In this document: piece by piece, positions 26,642-37,305 of the stretch | Layout: each line of letters begins with the position of its first letter | Numbering within the stretch: position 1 is the first letter of the stretch | The notes under the pieces: generated by a model | What the model saw: only the letters and a program-made list of their open reading frames with translations | Databases searched by the model: none | What the model was told of the DNA's origin: nothing | Position numbers and translations under genes: made by a program | IMG/VR virus record: IMGVR_UViG_2537561691_000009 | Length of the DNA: 49,442 nt | Source: a virus | Taxonomy: Duplodnaviria > Heunggongvirae > Uroviricota > Caudoviricetes | Direction: 5' to 3' (one strand)

Positions 26642-28136
26642 TCTTTCACACATTATTGCCGCAGCATTCAATGAACCGCTGCTTCTGGAGCCCGCCTATG
26701 CGCGGGTTTTCTTTTGCGCGCTCGGGCGCGAGATGGGGGCAGCAAGTCTTTCGGTACCACAACAGCAGGTACAGCTTGATGCTCCCGGAATGCTGGCTGA
26801 AACGGACGAGTACATGGCCGGAGGTAAACGACCGGCCCGTGTTTACCGGGGGGTGAACGGTATTGCGGTACTGCCGGTGAGCGGCACGCTGGTGCACCGG
26901 CTGGGGGGGATGCGGCCATTTTCCGGAATGACTGGCTATGACGGCATTGTCGCCTGTCTTCAGCAGGCAATGGCAGATAGCCAGGTGCGGGGCATACTGC
27001 TGGACATTGACAGTCCGGGCGGGCAGGCCGCCGGCGCGTTTGACTGCGCTGACATGATTTACCGCCTCCGGCAGCAGAAGCCGGTCTGGGCACTGTGTAA
27101 TGACACGGCCTGTTCTGCGGCCATGCTGCTGGCGTCGGCCTGCTCCCGACGGCTGGTTACCCAGACATCCCGTATCGGTTCCATTGGCGTGATGATGAGC
27201 CATGTCAGCTATGCCGGTCATCTGGCGCAGGCCGGTGTGGATATCACGCTGATTTACTCAGGGGCGCACAAGGTGGATGGCAATCAGTTTGAAGCGTTGC
27301 CGGCAGAGGTTCGCCAGGACATGCAGCAGCGGATTGATGCGGCGCGCCGGATGTTTGCCGAAAAAGTGGCGATGTTTACCGGTCTGTCTGTTGATGCAGT
27401 CACGGGAACAGAGGCCGCTGTTTTTGAAGGTCAGTCCGGCATTGAGGCCGGGCTGGCGGATGAATTAATCAATGCGTCGGATGCCATCAGTGTGATGGCC
27501 ACGGCGCTGAACAGTAATGTCAGAGGAGGCACTATGCCGCAATTAACTGCAACGGAAGCCGCCGTGCAGGAGAACCAGCGAGTGATGGGGATCCTGACAT
27601 GCCAGGAAGCGAAAGGACGTGAACAGCTTGCCACGATGCTGGCAGGGCAACAGGGCATGAGCGTTGAACAGGCCCGGGCGATTCTGGCCGCGGCGGCACC
27701 GCAGCAGCCGGTGGCATCCGCGCAGAGTGAAGCCGATCGCATTATGGCGTGTGAAGAAGCGAACGGGCGTGAACAACTGGCGGCAACGCTGGCGGCGATG
27801 CCGGAGATGACGGTGGAAAAAGCCCGCCCGATCCTGGCGGCTGCACCACTGGCGGATGCCGGGCCCTCGCTTCGTGATCAGATCATGGCCCTGGATGAGG
27901 CAAAAGGGGCAGAAGCGCAGGCTGAAAAACTGGCGGCCTGCCCGGGAATGACCGTGGAGAACGCCCGGGCTGTGCTGGCTGCGGGATCAGGTAAGGCCGA
28001 ACCGGTCTCTGCATCCACAACAGCCCTGTTTGAACATTTCATGGCGAATCATTCACCGGCAGCGGTGCGGGGGGGCGTGTCACAGACGTCAGCAGACGGT
28101 GATGCGGACGTGAAAATGCTCATGGCCATGCCATGA
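26631..28136 (+). CDS. C: Head protease/scaffold C (S49 peptidase) with Nu3-like scaffold region containing three tandem repeats
   Basis: 501 aa; S49-type region; C-terminal repeats (EAKGREQLA...MSVEQARAILAAA pattern, three copies). Confidence 0.88.
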   Translation: MRRNLSHIIAAAFNEPLLLEPAYARVFFCALGREMGAASLSVPQQQVQLDAPGMLAETDEYMAGGKRPARVYRGVNGIAVLPVSGTLVHRLGGMRPFSGMTGYDGIVACLQQAMADSQVRGILLDIDSPGGQAAGAFDCADMIYRLRQQKPVWALCNDTACSAAMLLASACSRRLVTQTSRIGSIGVMMSHVSYAGHLAQAGVDITLIYSGAHKVDGNQFEALPAEVRQDMQQRIDAARRMFAEKVAMFTGLSVDAVTGTEAAVFEGQSGIEAGLADELINASDAISVMATALNSNVRGGTMPQLTATEAAVQENQRVMGILTCQEAKGREQLATMLAGQQGMSVEQARAILAAAAPQQPVASAQSEADRIMACEEANGREQLAATLAAMPEMTVEKARPILAAAPLADAGPSLRDQIMALDEAKGAEAQAEKLAACPGMTVENARAVLAAGSGKAEPVSASTTALFEHFMANHSPAAVRGGVSQTSADGDADVKMLMAMP

Positions 28137-28172
28137 AGTCAGTGCTGACCATCAATATGAGGTTTTAACAAA

Positions 28173-28520
28173 ATGGTGACGAAAACCATCACTGAACAGC
28201 GTGCGGAAGTACGTATTTTTGCCGGTAATGATCCGGCTCATACCGCCACAGGCAGCAGCGGGATTTCTTCTGCAACACCGGCTCTGACGCCCCTGATGCT
28301 GGATGAAGCCACCGGGAAACTGGTGGTCTGGGATGGACAGAAAGCCGGTAGTGCGGTTGGCATACTGGTACTGCCGCTTGAAGGCACAGAGACGGTGCTG
28401 ACCTATTACAAGTCGGGGACCTTTGCGACGGAGGCAATCCGCTGGCCTGACAGTGTGGATGAACACAAAAAGGCAAATGCCTTTGCCGGCACAGCCCTGA
28501 GTCACGCGGCTCTGCCGTAA
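28173..28520 (+). CDS. D: Head decoration protein D
   Basis: 115 aa, lambda gpD-like (DPAHTAT..., TFAGTA...). Confidence 0.9.
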   Translation: MVTKTITEQRAEVRIFAGNDPAHTATGSSGISSATPALTPLMLDEATGKLVVWDGQKAGSAVGILVLPLEGTETVLTYYKSGTFATEAIRWPDSVDEHKKANAFAGTALSHAALP

Positions 28521-28577
28521 CACGTTATCAGGCCACCATGGTGACCTGACTGATTTCTGAATGAAAGGAACTGATTT

Positions 28578-29606
28578 ATGGGATTGTTTACGACCCGCCA
28601 GTTACTCGGTTATACCGAACAAAAAGTGAAATTCCGTGCGCTGTTTCTGGAGCTGTTTTTCCGCCGTACGGTGAATTTCCACACCGAAGAGGTGATGCTG
28701 GACAAAATTACCGGAAAAACGCCGGTGGCGGCCTATGTCTCCCCGATCGTTGAAGGAAAAGTGCTTCGCCATCGCGGTGGTGAAACCCGCGTGTTACGTC
28801 CGGGCTACGTCAAGCCGAAACACGAATTTAATTACCAGCAGGCGGTTGAGCGCCTTCCTGGTGAAGATCCGGCTCAGCTGAACGACCCGGCCTACCGTCG
28901 TCTGCGTATCATTACCGATAACCTCAAACAGGAAGAGCACGCCATTGTCCAGGTGGAAGAAATGCAGGCGGTGAATGCCGTGCTGTATGGCAAATACACC
29001 ATGGAAGGGGATCAGTTTGATACTGTCGAGGTGGATTTCGGGCGCTCTGAAGGAAATAACATTGAGCAGGCTGACGGTAAAAAATGGTCTGAGCAGGACC
29101 GTGATACGTTTGATCCGACGCATGATATTGACCTCTACTGCGATCAGGCCAGCGGCCTTGTGAATATCGCCATTATGGACGGTACGGTCTGGCGTCTGCT
29201 GAATGGCTTTAAGCTGTTCCGCGAAAAACTGGATACCCGTCGCGGCTCAAATTCACAACTCGAAACGGCAGTGAAAGATCTGGGCGCAGTGGTGTCCTTC
29301 AAGGGGTATTACGGCGATCTGGCCATTGTGGTGGCGAAAACGTCTTATGTGGCAGAGGACGGTACCGAAAAACGTTATCTGCCGGAGGGCATGCTGGTGT
29401 TGGGGAATACGGCGGCAGAGGGGATTCGTTGCTATGGTGCCATTAAGGATGCACAGGCGTTGTCTGAAGGAGTGGTGGCTTCTTCCCGTTACCCGAAACA
29501 CTGGCTGACCGTGGGCGATCCGTCCTGTGAATTCACCATGACGCAGTCCGCTCCGCTGATGGTGCTGCCGGATCCGGATGAGTTTGTGGTGGTACAGGTG
29601 AAATAA
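28578..29606 (+). CDS. E: Major capsid protein E
   Basis: 342 aa; size and position of lambda gpE. Confidence 0.9.
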   Translation: MGLFTTRQLLGYTEQKVKFRALFLELFFRRTVNFHTEEVMLDKITGKTPVAAYVSPIVEGKVLRHRGGETRVLRPGYVKPKHEFNYQQAVERLPGEDPAQLNDPAYRRLRIITDNLKQEEHAIVQVEEMQAVNAVLYGKYTMEGDQFDTVEVDFGRSEGNNIEQADGKKWSEQDRDTFDPTHDIDLYCDQASGLVNIAIMDGTVWRLLNGFKLFREKLDTRRGSNSQLETAVKDLGAVVSFKGYYGDLAIVVAKTSYVAEDGTEKRYLPEGMLVLGNTAAEGIRCYGAIKDAQALSEGVVASSRYPKHWLTVGDPSCEFTMTQSAPLMVLPDPDEFVVVQVK

Positions 29607-29657
29607 TCCGTGAGCGGGGGCGAAATGCCCCCGTGTCTTTTTTCACAGGAGGCTGAG

Positions 29658-30041
29658 ATGGCAACAAAAGAAGAAAATCTGAATCGTCTTCGTCAACTGG
29701 CTGACCTGCTGGGGCGCGAGGCGGATATGTCGGGGAGTGCTGCGGATATTGCTCAACGTGTGTCTGAGTGGGAAGAGGAGCTTGCTGTTTCCCCGGAGGG
29801 CATTATGCACTCTGATGAGAGCGGGGCTGATCAAAATCACACAGACGATGGTGAGCAGTTGAACAACACGGATGCTCCGGATGATGTTAAAGCCGTCCGG
29901 GTACGGAAGTGCCTGCAAGTAATGGGGTATTGCCCGGAGACAGGTCGTCCCGTTGAGCTGGCGTTACGGGGTATGCGTGTTCTGGTGCCATCATCACTGG
30001 CAACGGCCATGATACAGCACGGAACGGCTGAATATGCGTGA
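29658..30041 (+). CDS. FI: DNA packaging protein FI
   Basis: About 127 aa from MATKEEN with aggagg SD; position of lambda FI. Confidence 0.75.
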   Translation: MATKEENLNRLRQLADLLGREADMSGSAADIAQRVSEWEEELAVSPEGIMHSDESGADQNHTDDGEQLNNTDAPDDVKAVRVRKCLQVMGYCPETGRPVELALRGMRVLVPSSLATAMIQHGTAEYA

Positions 30042-30387
30042 TTTTCAGAATGCCTTTGATGCTGCCCTCGCCGGGGTAGACAGTACGATCGTTGAAGTGA
30101 TGGGGCTCTGTGCGCAGTTCACCTCGGGGGCACAGTGTGGCAGCGAAGTTCAGGGGGTTTTTGATGATCCGGAGTCGCTGGGGTTTGCCGGTGGCGGGGT
30201 CCGTATTGAAGGAAGCAGCCCGTCATTATTTGTGCGGACGGATACGGTTCGTGCCGTGCGGCGTGGTGACACGCTGACCATTAATGGTGAGATATTCTGG
30301 GTGGATCGTGTTTCTCCGGATGACGGGGGCAGCTGTTATCTCTGGCTCAACCGTGGTCAACCACCCGCAGTTAACCGGCGACGATAA
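30034..30387 (+). CDS. FII: Head-tail connector FII
   Basis: 117 aa as in lambda. Confidence 0.85.
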   Translation: MRDFQNAFDAALAGVDSTIVEVMGLCAQFTSGAQCGSEVQGVFDDPESLGFAGGGVRIEGSSPSLFVRTDTVRAVRRGDTLTINGEIFWVDRVSPDDGGSCYLWLNRGQPPAVNRRR

Positions 30388-30402
30388 ACGCAGGGTGAAA
30401 TT

Positions 30403-30936
30403 ATGGCGATAAAAGGGCTTGATCAGGCGATTGACAATCTGAGCCGGGTTCGTAAAAACGCCATTCCGGCGGCTTCAGCAATGGCCATTAACCGCGTGGC
30501 CACAACGGCGATTAATCAGTCTTCATCACAGGTTGCCCGGGAGACAAAGATTCGCCGGAAACTGGTTAAGGAACGGTCCAGACTGAAACGGGCGACGGTC
30601 AGAAATCCGAATGCCAGAATTATCGTTAACCGCGGTGATCTCCCTGTGATTAAGCTGGGGATCAGGATGCTGGGGCGTCGCCCGAACAGCATACTTAAAG
30701 CCGGTCAGCATCGGTATCAGCGGGCATTTATTCAGCGATTAAAAAATGGTCGCTGGCATGTCATGCAGCGTGTGGCCGGGAAAAACCGTTACCCCATTGA
30801 TGTGGTGAAAATCCCGATGGCGGCCCCACTGAAACAGGCATTTGATGAGAATGTTGACCGTATCCGGCGTGAACGCCTGCCTAAAGAACTGGCATACGCG
30901 CTGAAACAACAACTGAGGATTGCAATAAAACGATGA
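30403..30936 (+). CDS. Z: Tail completion protein Z
   Basis: 177 aa; conserved order. Confidence 0.8.
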   Translation: MAIKGLDQAIDNLSRVRKNAIPAASAMAINRVATTAINQSSSQVARETKIRRKLVKERSRLKRATVRNPNARIIVNRGDLPVIKLGIRMLGRRPNSILKAGQHRYQRAFIQRLKNGRWHVMQRVAGKNRYPIDVVKIPMAAPLKQAFDENVDRIRRERLPKELAYALKQQLRIAIKR

Positions 30937-31328
30937 AACACACTGACATTCGTGCCGCAGTGCTGGATGCACTCGAGCAGCATGAACACGGGGCGACGCT
31001 GTTTGATGGTCGCCCCGTTGTTTTTGACGAAGAGGATTTTCCTGCGATCGCGGTTTATCTGACGGATGCAGAGTATACCGGTGAAGAGCTGGATGCAGAT
31101 ACCTGGCGGGCCACGCTGCATATTGAGGTGTTTTTACCGGCACAGGTACCGGATTCAGAGCTTGATCAGTGGATGGAAAGCCGGATTTACCCGGCGATGA
31201 CCGCGATCCCGGCACTGGCAGGACTGATTACCACGATGGTTACGCAGGGCTATGAGTATCGTCGTGATGACGATATGGCGTTATGGAGTTCTGCAGATCT
31301 GACTTATTCCATTACATACGAGATGTGA
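30933..31328 (+). CDS. U: Tail terminator protein U
   Basis: 131 aa as in lambda; ATGA overlap with Z. Confidence 0.85.
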   Translation: MKHTDIRAAVLDALEQHEHGATLFDGRPVVFDEEDFPAIAVYLTDAEYTGEELDADTWRATLHIEVFLPAQVPDSELDQWMESRIYPAMTAIPALAGLITTMVTQGYEYRRDDDMALWSSADLTYSITYEM

Positions 31329-31335
31329 GGACGAT

Positions 31336-32088
31336 ATGGCAACACCAAATCCCCTTGAGCCGGTAAAAGGTGCCGGTACCACTCTGTGGGTTTACAACGG
31401 CAAGGGTGATGCTTATGCAAACCCGTTGTCAGACGATGACTGGCAGCGACTGGCTAAGGTGAAGGATCTGACGCCGGGCGAGATGACGGCAGAATCCTAC
31501 GATGATAACTACCTGGATGATGAAGACGCGGACTGGACCGCGACCGGGCAGGGGCAGAAATCTGCAGGTGATACCAGTTTTACGCTGGCCTGGAAACCGG
31601 GAGAGGAAGGCCAGAAAGGGCTTATAGGCTGGTTTGAAAGCGGCGATGTCCGGGCCTATAAAATCCGTTTTCCGAATGGCACGGTGGATGTGTTTCGTGG
31701 CTGGGTCAGCAGTATCGGTAAGGCCGTGACGGCGAAAGAAGTGATCACCCGCACGGTGAAAGTCACTAACGTGGGTAAACCTTCTGTAGCGGAAGAACGC
31801 AGCAAAATTACGCCGGTCAGTGCGATTAAGGTGACGCCGACATCCGGTACGGTGGCAAAAGGGAAAACAACCACCCTGACGGTTTCTTTTGAGCCGGAAA
31901 GTGCAACCGACAAGACGTTCAGAGCGGTTTCCGCCGATCCGTCGAAAGCCACCATTAGTGTGAAAGATATGACAATTACGGTAAACGGCGTGGCGACAGG
32001 TAAGGTGCAGATCCCTGTGGTGAGCGGAAATGGTCAGTTCGCCGCAGTGGCTGAAGTCACCGTTACTGAAGCGGGCGCTGCAGGGTAA
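31336..32088 (+). CDS. V: Major tail tube protein V (with C-terminal Ig-like domain)
   Basis: 250 aa; lambda gpV-like; C-terminal beta-rich Ig-like region. Confidence 0.9.
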   Translation: MATPNPLEPVKGAGTTLWVYNGKGDAYANPLSDDDWQRLAKVKDLTPGEMTAESYDDNYLDDEDADWTATGQGQKSAGDTSFTLAWKPGEEGQKGLIGWFESGDVRAYKIRFPNGTVDVFRGWVSSIGKAVTAKEVITRTVKVTNVGKPSVAEERSKITPVSAIKVTPTSGTVAKGKTTTLTVSFEPESATDKTFRAVSADPSKATISVKDMTITVNGVATGKVQIPVVSGNGQFAAVAEVTVTEAGAAG

Positions 32089-32101
32089 ACGGAGGTAATA
32101 C

Positions 32102-32533
32102 ATGTTTCTGAAAACAGAACAATTTGAATATAACGGTGTGTCTGTCACGCTTTCCGAATTGTCTGCGCTGCAGCGTATCGAGCATCTTGCCCTCCTGAAA
32201 CGGCGTGCAGAACAGGCAGAATCCTGCGGCAACCTGCAGGTAAGCGTGGAAGATCTCGTCAGAACCGGCGCGTTTCTGGTGGCGATGTCCCTGTGGCATA
32301 ACCATCCACAGAAAACGCAGTCACCGTCAATGAATGAGGCCGTGATGAAGATAGAGCAGGAAGTGCTCACCACCTGGCCTGCCGATGCCATTGCCCGGGC
32401 GGAAGACGTGGTGTTGTGCCTGTCCGGGATGATCGAAGCTGTTCGTCCGGATACTGATATTACTGAAGTGGCGAAAAATAACACGCTGACTGATGATGAT
32501 TTTTCTGCGGGAAAGTCTTCGACGGCGAGCTGA
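32102..32533 (+). CDS. G: Tail assembly chaperone G
   Basis: 143 aa; slippery GGGAAAG near 3' end. Confidence 0.88.
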   Translation: MFLKTEQFEYNGVSVTLSELSALQRIEHLALLKRRAEQAESCGNLQVSVEDLVRTGAFLVAMSLWHNHPQKTQSPSMNEAVMKIEQEVLTTWPADAIARAEDVVLCLSGMIEAVRPDTDITEVAKNNTLTDDDFSAGKSSTAS

Positions 32534-32973
32534 ACTTTGCCCTCAGACTGGCGCGTGAGATGGGGAGACCCGACTGGCGCGCCATGCTTGCCGGGATGAC
32601 ATCCACCGAATATGCCGACTGGCACCGTTTTTACCGCACGCATTATTTTCAGGATACCCAGCTGGATATGCATTTTTCCGGGCTGACGTACGCTGTACTC
32701 AGCCTGTTTTTTTGCGATCCGGATATGCATCCCTCTGATTTCAGTCTGCTTGTCCCCCGGCATGAGGAAGAGCAGGTGGAGAGGCCGGATGAGGACAAAA
32801 TGCTGATGCAGAAAGCGGCAGGACTTGCCGGAGGCGTCCGGTTCGGTGGGGACGGAGGGCGCGATATTTTATCGTCTGCGGATGTGGCGGATGTCATGGT
32901 GGATGATGCCGCATTAATGATGGCTTCAGCGGGGATTCCGGGAGGGGTGAGATATGTCCCAGCCGGTTGGTGA
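32102..32973 (+). CDS. T: Tail assembly chaperone G-T fusion (via -1 frameshift at 32509..32515)
   Basis: -1 frame after slippery site hand-translated as open to 32973 and matches track ORF 32560..32973. Confidence 0.75.
32509..32515 (+). promoter_or_regulatory. Programmed -1 ribosomal frameshift slippery site G_GGA_AAG (G to G-T)
   Basis: Heptamer in G frame; the -1 frame stays open through 32973 (T), as in lambda. Confidence 0.8.
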
Positions 32974-35527
32974 TCTTGTTATTGACCTGAGTCTGGATGC
33001 TGTCCGTTTCGATGAGCAGATGAGCCGGGTAAGGCGTCATTTTTCAGGTCTGGATACCGACGCCAGAAAAACCGCCAGTGCTGTTGAACAGGGCCTGAGC
33101 CGCCAGGCGCTGGCTGCACAAAAAGCCGGGATTTCCGTCGGGCAGTATAAAGCGGCCATGCGAACCCTGCCCGCACAGTTTACGGATATCGCCACGCAGC
33201 TTGCCGGTGGTCAGAATCCCTGGTTGATCCTGCTGCAACAGGGCGGTCAGGTGAAGGACTCCTTCGGCGGGATGATCCCCATGTTCAGGGGGCTTGCCGG
33301 TGCGATCACCCTGCCGATGGTCGGGGTCACCTCGCTGGCGGTGGCGACAGGTGCGCTGGCGTACGCCTGGTACCAGGGCGACGCCACGCTTTCAGAATTT
33401 AATAAAACGCTGGTCCTTTCCGGCAATCAGGCCGGACTGACTGCCGATCGTATGCTGACGCTCTCAAGAGCCGGGCAGGCAGCAGGGCTGACGTTTAACC
33501 AGGCGAGAGAGTCACTGGCAGCCCTGGTGAATGCCGGTGTGCGTGGTGGTGAACAGTTTGATGCCATCAACCAGAGTGTCGCGCGTTTTGCGTCTGCATC
33601 CGGTGTGGAGGTGGATAAAGTCGCTGAAGCCTTCGGGAAGCTGACCACTGACCCGACGTCGGGACTGATGGCGATGGCGCGCCAGTTCCGTAACGTGACG
33701 GCAGAGCAGATTGCGTATGTTGCACAGCTGCAGCGTTCCGGAGACGAGGCCGGGGCATTGCAGGCGGCGAACGATATCGCCACGAAAGGCTTTGATGAGC
33801 AGACCCGTCGCCTGAAAGAAAACATGGGAACACTGGAGACCTGGGCGGATAAAACAGGGAAGGCATTCAAATCGATGTGGGATGCCATTCTGGATATCGG
33901 TCGTCCGGAATCCTCAGCGGATATGCTCGCCAGTGCGCAGAAGGCATTTGATGAGGCGGATAAAAAATGGCAGTGGTACCAGAGCCGGAGCCAGCGCCGG
34001 GGAAAGACCTCCTCTTTTCGTGCGAACCTTCAGGGGGCATGGGATGACCGGGAAAATGCCCGTCTGGGTCTGGCAGCGGCCACGCTGCAGTCGGATATGG
34101 AAAAAGCCGGTGAACTGGCGGCAAGGGACAGGGCTGAGCGTGAGTCGTCACAGCTGAAGTATACCGGAGAGGCGCAGAAGGCGTATGAGCGCCTGCAGAC
34201 GCCGCTGGATAAATATACCGCCCGTCAGAAAGAGCTGAATAAGGCCCTGAAAGACGGAAAAATCCTGCAGGCGGATTACAACACGCTGATGGCGTCGGCA
34301 AAAAAGGATTATGAATCGACGCTGAAAAAGCCGTCAGGTGTGAAGGTGTCTGCCGGTGAGCGCCAGGAAGACCGGGCGCATGCAGCCCTGCTGGCGCTTG
34401 AAACCGAGCTCAGGACGCTGGAAAAACACAGCGGTGTGAATGAGAAAATCAGCCAGCAGCGCCGGGATTTATGGGAAGCGGAAAGTCAGTATGTGGTCCT
34501 GAAAGAGGCCGCCACGAAACGGCAGTTATCTGAGCAGGAAAAATCCCTGCTGGCTCATGAGAAAGAGACGCTGGAGTACAAACGCCAGCTGGCTGAGCTG
34601 GGAGACAAGATTGAACACCAGAAGCGGCTGAATGAGCTGGCACAGCAGGCGGCGCGGTTTGAACAGCAGCAAAGCGCGAAGCAGGCGGCAATCAGCGCAA
34701 AAGCCCGCGGCCTCACCGACCGTCAGGCGCAGCGGGAGTCGGAAGAGCAGCGCCTTCGTGAGGTGTACGGTGATAATCCGGCTGCGCTGGCGAAGGCCAC
34801 ATCGGCACTGAAGAACACCTGGTCTGCGGAGGAGCAGCTTCGTGGAAGCTGGATGGCCGGGATGAAGTCCGGCTGGGGAGAGTGGGCGGAAAGTGCGACG
34901 GACAGTTTTTCGCAGGTTAAAAGTGTGGCCACGCAGACCTTTGACGGTATTGCACAGAATATGGCAGCGATGCTGACCGGCAGCGAACAGAACTGGCGTG
35001 GTTTCACCCGTTCTGTGCTGTCCATGCTGACAGAGATTTTTCTGAAGCAGGCGATGGTGGGGATAGTCGGGAGTATCGGCAGCGCCATTGGCGGGGCTGT
35101 TGGTGGCGGCGCATCCGCGTCAGGCGGTACAGCCATTCAGGCTGCGGCGGCGAACTTCCATTTCGCGACCGGGGGATTTACGGGGACGGGGGGTAAATAT
35201 GAACCTGCGGGGATTGTTCATCGCGGGGAGTTTGTCTTCACGAAGGAGGCGACCAGCCGGATTGGTGTCGGCAATCTGTACCGCCTGATGCGGGGCTATG
35301 CGGAAGGTGGTTATGTCGGCGGTGCCGGAAGTCCGGCGCAGATGCGGCGGGCGGAAGGCATTAATTTTAATCAGAACAATCACGTGGTGATTCAGAACGA
35401 CGGCCCCAACGGGCGGGCAGGGCCGCAGCTGATGAAAGCGGTGTATGAGATGGCCCGCAAGGGGGCACAGGATGAACTCCGGCTGCAGTTGCGTGATGGC
35501 GGTATGTTATCAGGGAGCGGTGGATGA
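32954..35527 (+). CDS. H: Tail tape measure protein H
   Basis: 857 aa; lambda gpH-like from MSQPVGDLVIDLSLDA onward. Confidence 0.93.
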   Translation: MSQPVGDLVIDLSLDAVRFDEQMSRVRRHFSGLDTDARKTASAVEQGLSRQALAAQKAGISVGQYKAAMRTLPAQFTDIATQLAGGQNPWLILLQQGGQVKDSFGGMIPMFRGLAGAITLPMVGVTSLAVATGALAYAWYQGDATLSEFNKTLVLSGNQAGLTADRMLTLSRAGQAAGLTFNQARESLAALVNAGVRGGEQFDAINQSVARFASASGVEVDKVAEAFGKLTTDPTSGLMAMARQFRNVTAEQIAYVAQLQRSGDEAGALQAANDIATKGFDEQTRRLKENMGTLETWADKTGKAFKSMWDAILDIGRPESSADMLASAQKAFDEADKKWQWYQSRSQRRGKTSSFRANLQGAWDDRENARLGLAAATLQSDMEKAGELAARDRAERESSQLKYTGEAQKAYERLQTPLDKYTARQKELNKALKDGKILQADYNTLMASAKKDYESTLKKPSGVKVSAGERQEDRAHAALLALETELRTLEKHSGVNEKISQQRRDLWEAESQYVVLKEAATKRQLSEQEKSLLAHEKETLEYKRQLAELGDKIEHQKRLNELAQQAARFEQQQSAKQAAISAKARGLTDRQAQRESEEQRLREVYGDNPAALAKATSALKNTWSAEEQLRGSWMAGMKSGWGEWAESATDSFSQVKSVATQTFDGIAQNMAAMLTGSEQNWRGFTRSVLSMLTEIFLKQAMVGIVGSIGSAIGGAVGGGASASGGTAIQAAAANFHFATGGFTGTGGKYEPAGIVHRGEFVFTKEATSRIGVGNLYRLMRGYAEGGYVGGAGSPAQMRRAEGINFNQNNHVVIQNDGPNGRAGPQLMKAVYEMARKGAQDELRLQLRDGGMLSGSGG

Positions 35528-35853
35528 AAACCTTTCGCTGGAAAGTGAAGCCGGATATGGAGGTGAACTCGCAGCCATCGGTGCGTGAAGTGCGTTTTGG
35601 TGACGGGTACTCACAGCGTATGGCGGCAGGGCTGAATGCTGACCTGAAAACATACAGGGTGACGCTTTCCGTGACCCGGGAGGAGGCCCGGCATCTGGAA
35701 GCGTTCCTGGCAGAGCACGGTGGCTGGAAGGCATTTTTGTGGAAGCCACCCTATGCATACCGGCAGATAAAGGTGACCTGTGCCGGGTGGTCTGCGCGGG
35801 TCGGGATGTTGCGCGTTGAGTTCAGCGCGGAGTTTAAGCAGGTGGTGAACTGA
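35524..35853 (+). CDS. M: Tail tip protein M
   Basis: 109 aa as in lambda. Confidence 0.88.
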   Translation: MKTFRWKVKPDMEVNSQPSVREVRFGDGYSQRMAAGLNADLKTYRVTLSVTREEARHLEAFLAEHGGWKAFLWKPPYAYRQIKVTCAGWSARVGMLRVEFSAEFKQVVN

Positions 35854-36551
35854 TGCAGGATATTCGCGAAGAAAGTCTGAACGAGTCGGTTAAGTCAGAG
35901 CAGTCACCGCGGGTGGTACTCTGGGAAATCGACCTGACGGTACAGGGTGGTGAGCGGTATTTTTTCTGTAATGAGCTGAATGAAAAAGGGGAGCCGGTCA
36001 CCTGGCAGGGGCGTAAGTATGAGGCGTACCCGATTGATGGCAGCGGCTTTGAAATGAACGGGAAAGGCAGCAGTGCCAGACCGTCGCTGACGGTGTCCAA
36101 TCTGTTCGGCCTTGTCACCGGGATGGCGGAAGACCTGCAGAGTCTGGTGGGGGCCACGGTGGTCCGCCGCCGGGTGTATGCCCGTTTTCTGGATGCGGTG
36201 AATTTTGTGGCGGGCAATCCGGAAGCGGACCCGGAGCAGGAGCTGAGCGACCGCTGGGTGGTGGAGCAGATGTCGCAGCTGACAGCCATGACGGCCTCGT
36301 TTGTGCTGGCCACACCGACCGAGACGGACGGAGCGCAGTTTCCCGGTCGTATCATGCTGGCGAACACCTGTATGTGGACCTACCGCTCTGATGAGTGTGG
36401 TTACACGGGCGGGGCTGTGGCGGATGAGTTCGATAAACCCACCACGGATATCCGTAAGGACAGATGCAGCAAGTGCATGCGCGGGTGTGAACTGCGCAGG
36501 AATGTCGGCAATTTTGGCGGTTTCCTTTCCATTAATAAACTTTCGCAGTAA
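35853..36551 (+). CDS. L: Tail tip protein L
   Basis: 232 aa as in lambda. Confidence 0.88.
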   Translation: MQDIREESLNESVKSEQSPRVVLWEIDLTVQGGERYFFCNELNEKGEPVTWQGRKYEAYPIDGSGFEMNGKGSSARPSLTVSNLFGLVTGMAEDLQSLVGATVVRRRVYARFLDAVNFVAGNPEADPEQELSDRWVVEQMSQLTAMTASFVLATPTETDGAQFPGRIMLANTCMWTYRSDECGYTGGAVADEFDKPTTDIRKDRCSKCMRGCELRRNVGNFGGFLSINKLSQ

Positions 36552-36561
36552 ATCCCGGTTT

Positions 36562-37305
36562 ATGACACAGACTGAATCAGCGATTCTGGCGCATGCCCGG
36601 CGGTGTGCGCCTGCGGAGTCGTGCGGCTTCGTGATAAGCACGCCGGAGGGGGAGCGGTATATCCCTTGTGTGAATATTTCCGCAGAGCCGGAGGCGTATT
36701 TTCGTATCGCACCGGAAGACTGGCTGCGGGCAGAGATACAGGGGGAGATTGTGGCACTGGTCCACAGTCATCCCGGTGAGCTGCCCTGGCTGAGCGAGGC
36801 TGACCGGCGGCTGCAGATAAAAAGCGCACTGCCCTGGTGGCTGGTCTGCCGGGGGGAAATTCATAAATTCTGCTGTGTGCCACATCTGACAGGACGGCGC
36901 TTTGAGCACGGGGTGACGGACTGTTACACGCTGTTCCGGGATGCATACCATCTGGCGGGAATTGATATGCCGGATTTTCATCGCGAGGATGACTGGTGGC
37001 GCAACGGCCAGAACCTGTACCTGGACAATATGGCAGTCACCGGCTTTTACCGGGTGCCCCTGTCCTCTGCACAGCCGGGCGATATCCTGCTGTGCTGCTT
37101 CGGCGCATCGGTGGCTAATCATGCCGCCATTTACTGCGGCAACGGTGAACTGCTTCACCATATTCCTGAACAACTGAGTAAACGGGAGAGGTATTCCGAA
37201 AAATGGCAACGACGAACGCATTCTGTCTGGCGTCACCGCCACTGGCACACATCTGCCTTCACGGGGATTTACAACGATTTGGCCGCCGCCTCAGCCTGTA
37301 TGTGA
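36562..37305 (+). CDS. K: Tail tip assembly protein K (JAB/MPN plus NlpC/P60-like)
   Basis: Start at MTQTESAILAHARR; lambda gpK-like. Confidence 0.85.
   Translation: MTQTESAILAHARRCAPAESCGFVISTPEGERYIPCVNISAEPEAYFRIAPEDWLRAEIQGEIVALVHSHPGELPWLSEADRRLQIKSALPWWLVCRGEIHKFCCVPHLTGRRFEHGVTDCYTLFRDAYHLAGIDMPDFHREDDWWRNGQNLYLDNMAVTGFYRVPLSSAQPGDILLCCFGASVANHAAIYCGNGELLHHIPEQLSKRERYSEKWQRRTHSVWRHRHWHTSAFTGIYNDLAAASACM

Noticed and set aside
31429-32763. 444-aa ORF on the minus strand
   Set aside because: Lies antisense to the lambda-like V, G and T genes; Arg/Cys/His-rich composition typical of a spurious antisense frame in GC-rich coding DNA.
35904-36641. 245-aa minus-strand ORF
   Set aside because: Antisense to tail genes L and K.
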